NCBI RefSeq assembly: GCF_006345805.1
Contig: NC_043009.1
Span: 11,036,001-11,100,000 of the forward strand
DNA length: 64,000 nucleotides
Origin: Octopus sinensis
Lineage: Eukaryota
Direction of reading: 5' to 3'
Both the position numbers and the translations under genes were made by a program. The notes beneath the pieces are model-generated. The model saw nothing but the letters and a program-made list of their open reading frames with translations, was not told the DNA's origin and did no database searches. Every line of letters begins with the position of its first letter. Positions within the stretch are counted from its first letter, which is position 1. Below are positions 1-11,790 of the stretch, one piece after another.

Positions 1-408
1 GAAGTTGGCACTGGAATGTCGTTTGTGAATTAAGTTGACGTTCAAGCATCCGGCGATAATCTTTAAGGGCAATAGCCTGTGTTGCTTCCTTGAACATATT
101 GGACATCGTTTTAATGTTGCTGAATGGCAAGCAAATTGGAGAAATGCTGGCTGCCAAATGTGATGTATTCTACCTTGGAGATATAATTTAAGCCAACATT
201 TGGTGAACACAAACAGCTATGAAGTAAAAGCAAATATTTTACTTTGCAAAGAGGCTACTAGTGACTTCTGTGGAAAACTTAATCGGTGCGTGATAAATAC
301 TTGGCGTGAATAAAATTTCCAACCATTTCCACTATCAAAGAGGTGTTGTAGAAGGATGACATGCTGGTGTACATTGTGCAGTTTTAGAGACTGTAGAATG
401 ATATTGAA

Positions 409-757
409 AATAGGTTAGACCCATTTCGAACAAATGAAGATGTCATCAATTTACAAGAAAGCCTCGTTGTGTTACAGAGTAATCAAACTCCACGAGATAA
501 TTTAATTATTGGTTCAATAATTTATGGAGAAATAATGAAATTGCTAGGGAATTACCATCGTGTTACACAGGGAGCAAAACAACATTTCTTTGCCTATCCT
601 ACTTTTTAGCTATTTGAGCCACGTTCTAGCCAAGTGACTTTGCTACCATCCAAAACTAAAATTCCCTTAAAAATTGCAGGAAGAAGCGATCTTTATTTGT
701 CTCTAGCAACTCTGGATGCTAATACTGAAAATCTTTGAAAATTGCATCAGTTGCAAA
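409..757 (+). pseudogene. Degraded DNA-transposon ORF fragment, possibly Academ-like; truncated by the MITE at 758
   Basis: Translation NRLDPFRTNEDVINL...HFFAYPTF*LF...RSDLYLSLATLDANTENL* resembles, from memory, the NPF...F..PI...LF...SRLYISCQTRDGNL.EFF.HEN motif run of Academ-type proteins; contains stops. Confidence 0.3.
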
Positions 758-1196
758 GGATCTTTTCGGTTTGAACGGCAGTTTTTAACATAATTTCTAG
801 GTAACTAAAAAAATTTAAACTTCATATACTGGTAGAATGTGTTTATAAAACATCTTTTTCTCTTGGCTTTATTGAGAAAATTCTATAGTTTGTAAGATAT
901 TTGTTGTTTATTTTCTTCAATTTCTGCAATTTCAAGCAATCAATGACGTCCATTGAGGTAAAAACATTCTGTGTCATATGAATATGTCCCTCGTTTAAGA
1001 AACAGATTGGGTTTATTTACATTTGTGAAGAAATAAAAGATACCCTTCCCCCCACCCGTAACCCTAAACCTAACCCTAACTAACCCTAACCCTAAAACAG
1101 ATTGAAATGCAATAGATCGATACTAGGGTCATAATTATGGGTGACAATTTCATATGACACCGCTAGAAAAAACTGCCGTTCAAACCGAAAAGGTCC
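758..1196. mobile_element. MITE, 439 bp, 29-bp TIRs, 8-bp TSD (Merlin- or hAT-like)
   Basis: TIR GGATCTTTTCGGTTTGAACGGCAGTTTTT at 758-786 with its reverse complement (1 mismatch) ending at 1196; flanks GTTGCAAA (750-757) and GCTGCAAA (1197-1204). Confidence 0.9.
1059..1095 (+). repeat. Short degenerate (TAACCC)n telomere-like tract inside the MITE
   Basis: taaccctaaacctaaccctaactaaccctaaccctaa. Confidence 0.8.
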
Positions 1197-1955
1197 GCTG
1201 CAAAGATCTCACTAAATAAATGAAGTAAAAAGATAATGCGATATATCATTTTTGCACTTTGTTAAATGGTTTTTATTTTTTGTGTTTAAGAAGTAATCGT
1301 TTTTAGAGTTAATCTAACTTTACGTGTTATGTCAGAAAAATAATGTTTGGTTATAAGTGGTTGTTTCTTTAAACTCATAAAATATTTTTGTTTTTGAGAA
1401 ATAGATTAATAAAGAATAATTTAACTTGGCTTTTAATATACACTTATATTTTTTATGGAGTTTATTACGGTAATGGCAGAAAAAAGGTTATATTTGAAAA
1501 AAAAAACATTTATTTAATGCTTTTTTATCGTTATGTATTTTTGTTCAAAAATTCTCTTCATTATAATTTATCTTGTTTTTTCATAGATATAAATCATAAA
1601 AATAAATCTCAGGATTATAAAACTAATTTAAAACAATTAATATTTAAAATTTCGTTATTATTTGATAAAACTTTACAAATTATGTTTTATTAACAGTTTT
1701 AGATATTTTCATGACTTGGTTCAACTATTAGACATTTATTTAATTAAAAAAATGGAGTACATTTTTTCACTAATAATATTTCGAGGGACATGGAAAAACT
1801 ATAAATTTTATGGAAGCGGGGTCATTAGTTTTAAAATGTTGGTGCAATCGAATGTTGTCTTCGAATATTATAATATTAGGTGATAAATGAAATATTGTAT
1901 ATTTAAAAATTACGAAAGGATTTGCATAAAACAAAGATAATTATTGACGATGTAT

Positions 1956-2285
1956 GTGGAAGCACTCCGTCGGTTACGACGATGAGGGTTCCGGTTGATC
2001 CGAATCAACGGAACAGCCTGCTCGTGAAATTAACGTGTAAGTGGCTGAGCACTCCACAGACACGTGTACCCTTAACGTAGTTCTCGGGGATATTCAGCGT
2101 GACACAGAGAGTGACAAGGCCGGCCCCTTGAAATACAGGTACAACAGAAACAGGAAGTAAGAGCGAGAGAAAGTTCTGGTGAAAGAGTACAGCAGGGATC
2201 ACCACCATCCCCTGCCGGAGCCTCGTGGAGCTTTTAGGTGTTTTCGCTCAATAAACACTCACAACGCCCGGTCTGGGAATCGAAA
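1956..2285 (-). mobile_element. tRNA-derived SINE family A, tail alpha, head truncated
   Basis: High identity to the full copy at 41755-42139; breaks off inside the B box. Confidence 0.85.
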
Positions 2286-2670
2286 GTATATAAGTTATAT
2301 ATCGAAAGTATATAAGTATATATCGGTCTGGTATATAAGTTAGAGAGAGAAACTTATAAAAAATAAATAAACGGGTAGTTTAAGGTGAGTAACGGGATCG
2401 ATCGATTGGATTCCAGTAAGGCAGTCAATGTAAACGGAACTGTAGGAAGAAAAAATTCTTTTAAACTGATTAAATTATTTAATAGGCGGAGACGTGGCTG
2501 TGTGGCAAGACGTTTGCTTCCCAACCACATGGTTCCGAGTTCAGTCGTACTGCGTGATGCCTTCTACTATATCCTCGGCCCGACCGAAGACTTGCGAGTG
2601 GATCTGGTAGACGGAAACTGAAAGAAGCCCATTGTATATATCTATATATATATATATGTATGTTATATGA

Positions 2671-2785
2671 TAGATCGTTAGTCACTACACACATTTTTCT
2701 CTCCTTGTTTTCTGTGTCCCTTTCTGTAGAAGAGCGTAGGCTCGAAAACGTAAAAGAGTTTTTCTATTCTGAGCGTTATACAATA
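2671..2785 (+). mobile_element. Penelope-like terminal-repeat fragment with a variant hammerhead motif, inserted in the SINE's internal (TA)n
   Basis: Near-identical to 33201-33320; contains CTTT-CTGTAGA-A-GAGC-GTAG-GCTC-GAAAAC-GTA-AAAG (2720-2756). Confidence 0.65.
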
Positions 2786-2885
2786 NNNNNNNNNNNNNNN
2801 NNNNNNNNNNNNNNNNNNNNNNNNNNNNNNNNNNNNNNNNNNNNNNNNNNNNNNNNNNNNNNNNNNNNNNNNNNNNNNNNNNNNN
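2786..2885. other. Assembly gap (100 N)
   Basis: Run of n. Confidence 1.
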
Positions 2886-3139
2886 TGTGTTTGTCCCCCA
2901 ACATCGCTTGACAACCGGTGCTGGTGTGTTTACGTCCCTGTAAATTAGTAATCGGCAAAAGAGACCGATAGAATAAGTACTAGGCTTACAAAGAATAAGT
3001 GTTGGGGTCGATTTGCTCGCCTAAAGGCGGTGCTCCAGCATGGCCACAGTCAAATGACTGAAACAAGTAAGAGAGCAAACATACTTATATATGTGTGTGT
3101 GTGTGTGCTTGTGTGTGTGTGTGTGTGTGTGTGTGGTGT

Positions 3140-3700
3140 TTGTGTATGTATGCTCGTATAAGACTTCTGTTCAGCCAAAGATCTACATTCTTTACCGCAC
3201 ATCCGACAAGTGAGGCTCTTTTGTGATTCATCTTTGTTGTGCAAATCTGACACCTTTTCATTTCATACTCAGTATAGTCCACAGCCGGTTCGTTAAGATG
3301 ACTGCGTTGATGGTCCTCACTCCCGCCATATTGAGACAAACGCACCTACGTTGATTACAAGTTACTTCATTGCCCCGGATGAGGAAGACGAAGAATAATG
3401 AAAAATATATTTTTGTAATTTTAATTTTGAATTTTTAAATTATAATTTTGATTTATATTGATTTAAATTGAACAATGATTTCGAGGGGTTATCGGTCGGC
3501 GGGCGCCGTGGGCCCCTCCCATCATTATTATTATTTTTCCATAATGTGTATATCGTTTTCATACACATTAATGTCTCTGTCCAGCCCGCAGCTACCTTTC
3601 TCTGTGTTCGACCTTCATGGTCAATTCGATGAAATAAAGTTACTTCATTGCCAATACGAAATTCCGATAACGGCTCTGGGTGTCCCTTCCTAGCATTTCT
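3140..3700 (-). pseudogene. Degraded RTE-clade LINE C-terminal fragment, interrupted by the 262-bp retroposon
   Basis: Minus-strand pieces RAVIGISYW, AGVRTINAVILTNRLW and terminal zinc-finger-like LTCRMCGKECRSLAEQKSYTSIH; frameshifts and deletions. Confidence 0.6.
3375..3636. mobile_element. Unclassified ~260-bp retroposon with 16-bp TSD
   Basis: TSD AAGTTACTTCATTGCC at 3359-3374 and 3637-3652; homologous copy with the same ends at 57441-57693. Confidence 0.85.
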
Positions 3701-3778
3701 TTTAGACTTCTGATGTTCCCTTCTCTTCATTTATACACACGTACACACACACACGCACACACACACACACACACATAT

Positions 3779-4012
3779 ATTTCTTTACTACCCACAAGGG
3801 GCTAAACATAGAGAGGACAAACAAGGACAAACAAAGGGATAAAGTCGATTACATCGACCCTAGTGCGTAACTGGTACTTAATTTATCGACCCCGAAAGGA
3901 TGAAAGGCAAAGTCGACCTCGGCGGAATTTGAACCCAGAACACGTAACGGCAGACGAAATACGGCTACGCATTTCGCCCGGCGTGCTAACGATTCTGCCA
4001 GCTCGCCGCCTT
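3779..4012 (-). mobile_element. Nin/Deu-domain tRNA SINE (family B, tail 2)
   Basis: Sense strand has gtcgactttgcctttcatcctttcggggtcgataaattaagtaccag (Deu/Nin-like) and the tail gtttagccccttgtgggtagtaaagaaata; sits inside a (CA)n tract. Confidence 0.85.
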
Positions 4013-4418
4013 ACACACACACACACACACACACGCACACACGCACACACATATATATATAACATATATAGACTAACAACTGTATAGGCAATATTTAACT
4101 ATATCAACTAGCGGCCAATGTTTGCTCAGCATCTTATGGCGTGGATATTCGACACTTGTAAAGGTACCCAGCAGAAAAATTTAGATCTAGAAACACCATC
4201 ACCGTTGTTATACAATCTTTGCCTGCTGATGTTATTTTCAACCTCAAAGCTTTTAACGCTATACATCGAATATAGATACTTACTTTAGACTAGTATGGGA
4301 GCTCAGAAGGCTGTCAATAGTATATACACTCAAGCATGTGAACAACGTGCAAATTTTGAACCAATACCGTCTCCGTCACTGATAAAAACACATACACACA
4401 CACAATGTATGTATATAT

Positions 4419-4452
<34 letters not shown>

Positions 4453-4938
4453 CATACATATATGTGTGTGTGTATATATGTATGTATATGAAACTTATAA
4501 AATATCGATATGCATTCATGTATTTCTCATCCTGTTTTTTGCTTTCTGTATTTGAAATGCAGACTTGCCGTGGCGCCACTTTGAATGGTATATCCGAACT
4601 AATCGATACCAGTACTTACTTTTGAGCCGAGCATTTACTCTTTACACCCCCACCCCCACCCCACCCCCCGTTTGCTGTGTCGCTAAGTTACAGTTGGTGA
4701 GAGACAAACACGCAAACTTACACACATACGTATTTTACCCATACACACACACAAACACACACACACACACAATCACACACACATATACACACGATGGGCT
4801 TTCAGTTTCCATCTAAGAAATCCATTCCTTCGTCTTCGCTCATCTTGGGCATTTGGTAGATGGCACTTGCCCAACACTAACTATGTTTGGGAAGTAAGCT
4901 TCCTACTCCACAGTCACTCTTGCACCTATGTATGCGAA

Positions 4939-5002
<64 letters not shown>

Positions 5003-5004
5003 AT

Positions 5005-5409
5005 AGGCGCAGGAGTGGGTGTGTGGTAAGTAGCTTGCTTACCAACAACATGGGTCCGGGTTTAGTCTCACTGCGTGGCACCTTGGGCAAGTGTCTTCTC
5101 CTATAGCCTCGGGCCAACCAAAGCCTTGTGAGTGGATTTGGTAGACGGAAATTGAAAGAAGCCCGTCGTATATATGTGTATATATATTTGAGTGTGTGTT
5201 TGTGTGTCTGTGTTTGGCCCCTTCCAACATTGCTTGACAACCGATGCTAGTGTGTTTACCACCCCCCGTAACTTAGCGGTTCGTCAAAAGAGACCGATAT
5301 AATAAGTACTAGACTTACAAAGAATAAGTCTTGGGGTCGATTTGCTCGCCTAAAGGCGGTGCTCCAGCATGGCCACAGTCAAATGAATGAAACAAGTAAA
5401 AGAGTAAAG
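5005..5409 (+). mobile_element. CORE-like tRNA SINE (family C), full length
   Basis: Head with A/B-box-like motifs, CORE-like caccttgggcaagtgtcttc, internal microsatellite, tail aaacaagtaaaagagtaaag. Confidence 0.9.
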
Positions 5410-5475
5410 TGTATATACATATATATAAATTATATATAATATATATATATATTATATATATATATATATATATAA

Positions 5476-5868
5476 CTAGCAGTATCGCCGGCGTTGCTCG
5501 GGTTTGTAAGGGAAATAACTATATAAGCATTTTTAGAGATATAAAGTATAATAGCCATCTCAATATGGCTAACCTCAAAAGGGGGGGGGTTACTATTGCT
5601 TTTTATGTTCTGAGATTTAATAATATATTTTAGAGAGTTACTTCCCTTATATATGCCAAATGCATTAAAAATTGGAAAAATTGATGGTAATTTTTTTCTT
5701 AAATCGTAGACTCTTCGTAGACGCGCGCTAATACCCAGAAAGGTTCGATATAAATCACGACTATAAGATACCCGGTTTTGGTTAAACTGCACCGCAAAAT
5801 GTGGGAGTAGTTAGGAATCTAAATCGTAGGAGACAGACAGCACACAACCTCACTTTTATATATAAAGA
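5476..5868 (-). mobile_element. Non-autonomous Helitron, 393 bp
   Basis: Minus strand reads A|TCTTTATATATAAAAG ... CCCGAGCAACGCCGG hairpin, short spacer, CTAG|T; second copy at 58553-58944. Confidence 0.85.
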
Positions 5869-6750
5869 TATCTATATGTATATACAGAGAGGGAGAAAGA
5901 GAGAGAGAGAGATGTATAAAATCATAGTTACGCTGTGGCTTATCGCTTTTTTGAAAATTTTCATTAATGTTTCCTTTATAGTTCCGAGCAGATTATTTGG
6001 AACATGAAATTTTCTAAACACCGTATCGACATTTATCACATCGTCTAGAGGTGACGAAATGTAGTTCTGCGTTTACTGCAGCTTTTAAGCGAACATATCA
6101 TGTGCAGTATATTTACGAGTTATATAGTAACTGCGACATATACTACATATATTTCACTTAATGAAAAATACATTTTGTTTCCAGATTAGCAAAAATTACG
6201 ATAACATCAATAGCAAACCACATGCAACAACGATATTCATTGTAATTCAGAAGTAAACTCGAATTGAAAAATTCATATTCAAACATGAAATTTTCAAGTT
6301 GTTGACTCTAATTTCCGTATTCAACATTAATATAAGGTAGACTCCCACAAACATACACACACATATACTCATATATGTATACCGACAAATATATAATATA
6401 TCAATATTCAGCCATTTATTTATTCATACATATACATTCATACGTACGCACACACACACACACACACACACGCGCGCGCGCGCACATGTATTTGTGTGTG
6501 TATGTGTGTGAATACACCCTGAAGTAGGAGGCCAGATTTAACAAATGCTTATGCTTCTACCACTGGTTGCACATCTATGGCTTTTTCGGGATTACATCTT
6601 CCACACTTTATGTCGTAATTCCGAAACTCTTGAAACAGCTGGCGGATTTTTAGTACCATATCTTCTCCCCTTAATTTCTTGATCTTTGTACTCCCTGTAG
6701 GTCTACTCTCTTGATATATAAATATCTGTAAATTTATGCATGAATTCTTT

Positions 6751-6914
6751 TATTCTTCTACTTGTTTCAGCCATTTGACTGCGGCCATGCTGGAGCACCG
6801 CTTTTAATCGAACAAATCGACCTCCAAGGACTTAGTCTTTGTAAGCCTAGTACTTATTCTATCGGGACCTGTTGCCGATCCGCTCAGCTACGGGGGCGTA
6901 AACACACCAGCATC
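6751..6914 (-). mobile_element. Family C SINE, 3' half
   Basis: cttgtttcagccatttgactgcggccatgctggagcacc...aaacacaccagcatcg. Confidence 0.8.
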
Positions 6915-6963
6915 GAACACACACACACACACACACACTCACAAACATACATACACACACACT

Positions 6964-7088
<125 letters not shown>

Positions 7089-8849
7089 TACATGCACGGC
7101 GGCCTACCATACAATTACTATGTACGAAATTCATCCATAAGGTGTGTAACTGAATCCGAAACTATGTGATAATAATGCGAGTTACATAACCATACATCCA
7201 TGCCTGTTGATATAGATATATATGCATACATATATGTGTGTGCATGTATATACATACCCATGTGTATATATCTATATACCTATTCATATATATTTATATA
7301 TATGTACATATACATTTATACATGCACACACAACACACACGCATACATACTTACACATGCATACACACACGCGCGCGCGCACATGCACACATGTACGCGC
7401 ACACGCACACATGTACGCGCACACACACATACACACACATATACACAACTTTCTCGTCACAGTGCAACGCTCTTTGCAAAGACGACTCATTGCATTTGGT
7501 TATTGCACGCCACAGAAATCTGACAAATACCATTAAAGGAATGTCTCGATTGCCAATTGTTCTGTTAAAATTTTCCTTAAATGAAACCATGGAAATTATA
7601 GCTACTAAATTTCTAGATATCCAAAAGGAATCTGTCTGTCGTGGTTTGAAAGCCTTTCGTAATAAATCTTTTTCATTTGGCCAGACCTGGAGAGAAACGA
7701 TAAAAATAAAGGAAAAGAATATTGAAAAGAGCCCCAAAACATCTAAAATTTCTCTCCCTTAGAATGAATTAAATCTTGTGTACACTAACCACAAATACTA
7801 GATTAGTTATATTGGCTATATTAACAGCAAATTACAACGCAAAAAGGCGCAAAAATAGCACAACTAAATAATAGATAACACTATTATCTGATATCACCTT
7901 GAAACTTGTTTGTTCTGAGAAATTTCAGGTCCAGTGATAATGCGTAAGCGACAAAGAAACACTGCTGAAAATATTTCATCGAAAAGATAAACAAAGATCT
8001 TTAAACTTTGACAAACCAAGCAAATTCGTTATACAAAACAGAATGTAAGAATGAGCAAAAAATACAGAAGACAATTAATAAAATAAAGTAAAAATAAGTA
8101 AATAAATAAATAAAATATCCTTAATATAATATTTGTAAGCTAAAAGATAGTTCTATGTACCATGACACAGCATATACGCAGACGGTATTGCATATTCATC
8201 TATGAATACACATACACATACGCAGAGATACAAGAACAAGCATTAATATTCATAAATATTTCGATATTTATATATCTAGTCTGTAGTTAGTCATTAATAT
8301 ATTCGTAGCTAAATTTATTTTAAAATAATCAATAATAATCTTAGTATAACAGTGTTCAACCGGATGGAGCATCAGAATCATAAACTGAACATAATGTGGG
8401 TGAAATTATGTAATAATGTTTTTGAACATATACGTATGAAGCAGGAGATATCTTCCAGGAGATTAACTGAGATGTTATGAAGCATATACGGAGCACATAT
8501 CTCTGTTATTGCATAAGCGATATAAATCAAGCTTGTAAAAGTAGCAATTTGCCCGATTTTGTGAATGATCAACGCACGTATGAACAAAAGGATTGCTTTC
8601 GGCAGACTCTCTATATAATTTTATATATTTGTTTTGCAAGATTTTTGATGTGAAATCGTGTGCTGAAACAGATATTGTTGTATTTAGGAATGGCCATTTG
8701 CCAGTTTAGCCAATAAAAAACACACGCACTATATATTTGGTGTTACTTTGCTTCAGCCTTATTTAGTTTTCACATTAATCTTAATCCTATTTCGGCCAGA
8801 GTTCTTTCGTCACACTCCTGTGACCGCATCATATTATCTCTATATAATA

Positions 8850-9966
8850 TTGGTTTCAAATATTGGCACATATCCAGTAGCTTGAGAGGAGTAGATAAAT
8901 CGATTACATAGACCCCAGTGCTCAGCTGGTATTTTCTTTATCGATCACGAGAGAATGAAATCAAAGTCGACCTCGGTGGAATTTAAATTCAAGGGGTAAA
9001 AACGGACTAAACGCCTCTAAGCATTTTGTTCGACAGGCTAGTGGTTCTTGCAGCTCGCCGCCTTAACTCCTCCTGTAATATTGGCTCAGATTTTGGCACA
9101 AGGCCAGCAATTTCAGGGGAGCGGTACGTCTATTACATTAACCCCAGTGCTCAACTAGAACTTATTTCTTCGACCCCGAAAGGTTGAAGGCAAAGTTGAC
9201 CTGGAGGGAATTTGAACTCAAAGCATAAAGACTAAATGCCGCTAAGCATTTTTCCCGGCGTGTTAACGATTCTACTAGCTCACCGTCTCTCTCTCTCCCT
9301 CTCCCTCTCTCTCTCTCTCTGTCTCACTGTTAAACTGATTTCAAATTTTAGAACAAGACAACCAATTCCGAGGAAGGACACGAGTCAATTACATTTACCC
9401 TACTACACAACTGATGCTTATTTCATGACCCCCATCCCCGAACGGATGAAAGGAGAAGTCGACCTCGGTGGCATTTAAACTCAGAACGTAGCGGCAGACA
9501 AAATACCTATTTCTTTACTAACCACTAGGGGCTAAACACAGAGAGGACAGACAAACGGATTAAGTCGATTATATCGACCCCAGTGCGTACCTGGTACTTA
9601 TTTAATCGACTCTGAAATGATGAAAGGCAAAGTTGACCTCAGCGGAATTTGAACTCAGAGCGTAGCGGCAGACAAAATACCGCTAAGCATTTTTCCCAGC
9701 GTGGTAACGGTTCTGCCAGCTCGCGGCTTTACCTCCCTGTGTAACATTAGTTTCAAATTTATGCACAAAGCCAGCGATTTTGAGGAAGAGCGAAGGTCAT
9801 ATTATATCCACCCCAATACACAACTGGTGCTCATTTTTATCAACCCACCGAAAAGATGAAAGGCAAATTAGAGCCGGCTGAATTTGAACCCAGAACGTTA
9901 AGACGGACGAAATACTGCTAACCATTTCGTCTGGTACGCTAACTATTCTGCCAGTTCGCCATCTTA
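8850..9966 (-). mobile_element. Tandem cluster of five same-orientation Nin/Deu SINEs (family B)
   Basis: Units at about 8850-9064, 9078-9288, 9335-9508, 9509-9731 and 9746-9966, each with an aaaggcaaagtcgacctcgg-type core. Confidence 0.85.
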
Positions 9967-10342
9967 CCTGTCTCTGTAATATTAACACGAATGCTTATTC
10001 ATTCAGCCATCCATAACTGTACATGTATCTGTGTATGTATATATATTCATATAATAAATACGTCAGTCTAATGATGCTTTCTATTATAATCCAGTATTTC
10101 CAACTAATATTGACTTTTATAGCTGATCCAAAACCAGCGATTAGGTCTGTTGCATATTTGTTTCAGTAGATCCAGCACTTGATTGATACAATGTTTTAGT
10201 ATCGAATGATGTAATGTGATATGAACTTGAGAGGGATTTACACTCAAAATATTTCCGAATATTAAGTAATAGCATAAAAATATATTTCGTTTTGGGATTT
10301 GGTTTTCAAGATTCTTTATATGAGTTCGCGTGTTGAAGCATA

Positions 10343-10513
10343 TTCTGTTGTGTCTGGGGAGAGTCATTTTCTTGTACCAAACTATTGAAAACGTTGCAAG
10401 ACGCAACGAAAATTTTAGGACAATAAAAATAAGAAAAAAGTGGAAATTTTACTGGTGAGTGTGTTACATAATAAGGCACAAAAAGAAAATGACTCTCCCC
10501 AGACACAACAGAA
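10343..10513. mobile_element. Tc1/mariner-type MITE, 171 bp, TA TSD
   Basis: Perfect 31-bp TIR TTCTGTTGTGTCTGGGGAGAGTCATTTTCTT, flanked by TA on both sides; partial inverted copy at 18902-19029. Confidence 0.9.
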
Positions 10514-10973
10514 TAAAAATATATATTAAGATACGAGTGGTTTTTAGGACTAAGGGATACAACCAGCTTGAATCTATTAGAATTGGTGTTGTTTTAATGA
10601 AGTTGGGATGTGAGATTCTCACTTTAACGAAGAAATAGTGAACGATGTGGATAAGTGTACCTGATTACAAATTCAAATGTTTCGAAAGTAAGTTACATAA
10701 TGAATTTAATACAGTGCAATATATTTCTTCAATCATTAATAAAATAATCATCGAAGTGATTTTTCAGAATAAACTATCAAGAGCGAGAGAAGGAGAGAGA
10801 AGAGAGAGAGAGAGAGAGAGGAGAGACTGACAGAGAAAGAGAGAGAGTGAGTGGGAAAGAGAGACAGAGTGAGATTATTAAATTCGATTCAGTACATGCT
10901 TGGTATTAATTTATCGATCATCAATAGGCATGCATTGCAAATTTGATGTTTGGCGAAATGAACTCAAAACGTA

Positions 10974-11221
10974 ATGATATGCAATAATGATGCTAATGAT
11001 GATGATGATAAGACTGGTTGCTGCTGGTGAAATAATAAAATAATAATAACGATATTAATAATAATCACAAGAATAATAACAACAACAATAACTACACTAG
11101 CAACAACAATAATGATAATAACATTAATAATAATAATAATAATAATCATAAAATAATAATAAATAATAATAATAATAACAACAACAACAACAGTAACAAC
11201 AACAACAACAACAACAACAAC

Positions 11222-11275
<54 letters not shown>

Positions 11276-11283
11276 CATAATAA
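10974..11283 (+). repeat. Compound (AAT)n/(AAC)n microsatellite
   Basis: Direct inspection. Confidence 0.95.
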
Positions 11284-11287
11284 TATA

Positions 11288-11790
11288 AGGGTGAGAGCGG
11301 TTTGATCAGTTGCCAGGACTGCATCGATGCAGAGAAAAACAGCTTAAGGTGGTATATAAAAATACCGTGGAGCCATTGTTGAAATATATGAAGAAAACCG
11401 GCGTCATAAAAACTGAAAAATGTGTAATGAAAGAAAAATTTAAACAAGAAATGTACACAAAAAGAAGAGAAAAAGCATGGAAGGAAAAAATGACGGTTAG
11501 TTTGCAAGAGAGGTGAACGCCAAGACAGATAAAGAGGACCGGTGGCTACGGATGATGAGGAGTGACCTGAAGATAGAGAGAGAAGCACTCATATGCGCGG
11601 CTCAAGAGCATGCATTAAGGACCAACTATGTGAAGTGCAGAATAGGCAACACTACCGACAGCGACAAACATAGAATGTGTGGTGAGAGGGGTGAAATTGT
11701 ATGGCACAGTCATCAGAATCCGGATATTGTTGTAGTAAATAAAAAAGAGAACATATATGGTAATCGAAATAGCATGCCCCGGTGACAACT
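11288..11790 (+). pseudogene. R4/Dong-type (RLE) non-LTR retrotransposon fragment
   Basis: WKEK...WL....DLKIEREALICAAQEHALRTNYVK...RMCG...PDIVVVNK matches the zinc-knuckle/RLE region of R4/Dong elements; internally deleted. Confidence 0.8.

Larger units (their letters stand above)
2484..3075 (+). mobile_element. CORE-like tRNA SINE (family C), interrupted by a Penelope-like fragment and the assembly gap
   Basis: Head aggcggagacgtggctgtgtgg, body gtagacggaaactgaaagaagccc, tail ggtgctccagcatggccacagtcaaatgactgaaacaagtaa shared with 5005-5409 and 48374-48803. Confidence 0.85.

Noticed and set aside
1059-1095. True telomere or chromosome fusion scar
   Set aside because: Short, degenerate and enclosed by the TIRs of a MITE
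1388-1883. ORFs 1388-1693 and 1662-1883
   Set aside because: Extremely AT-rich, F/I/K/Y-biased low-information translations with no motifs or splice signals
8790-8832. Hammerhead-like motif on the minus strand (GUCAC/GUGAC stem plus GAAA)
   Set aside because: No CUGANGA core and no convincing stem I in this copy
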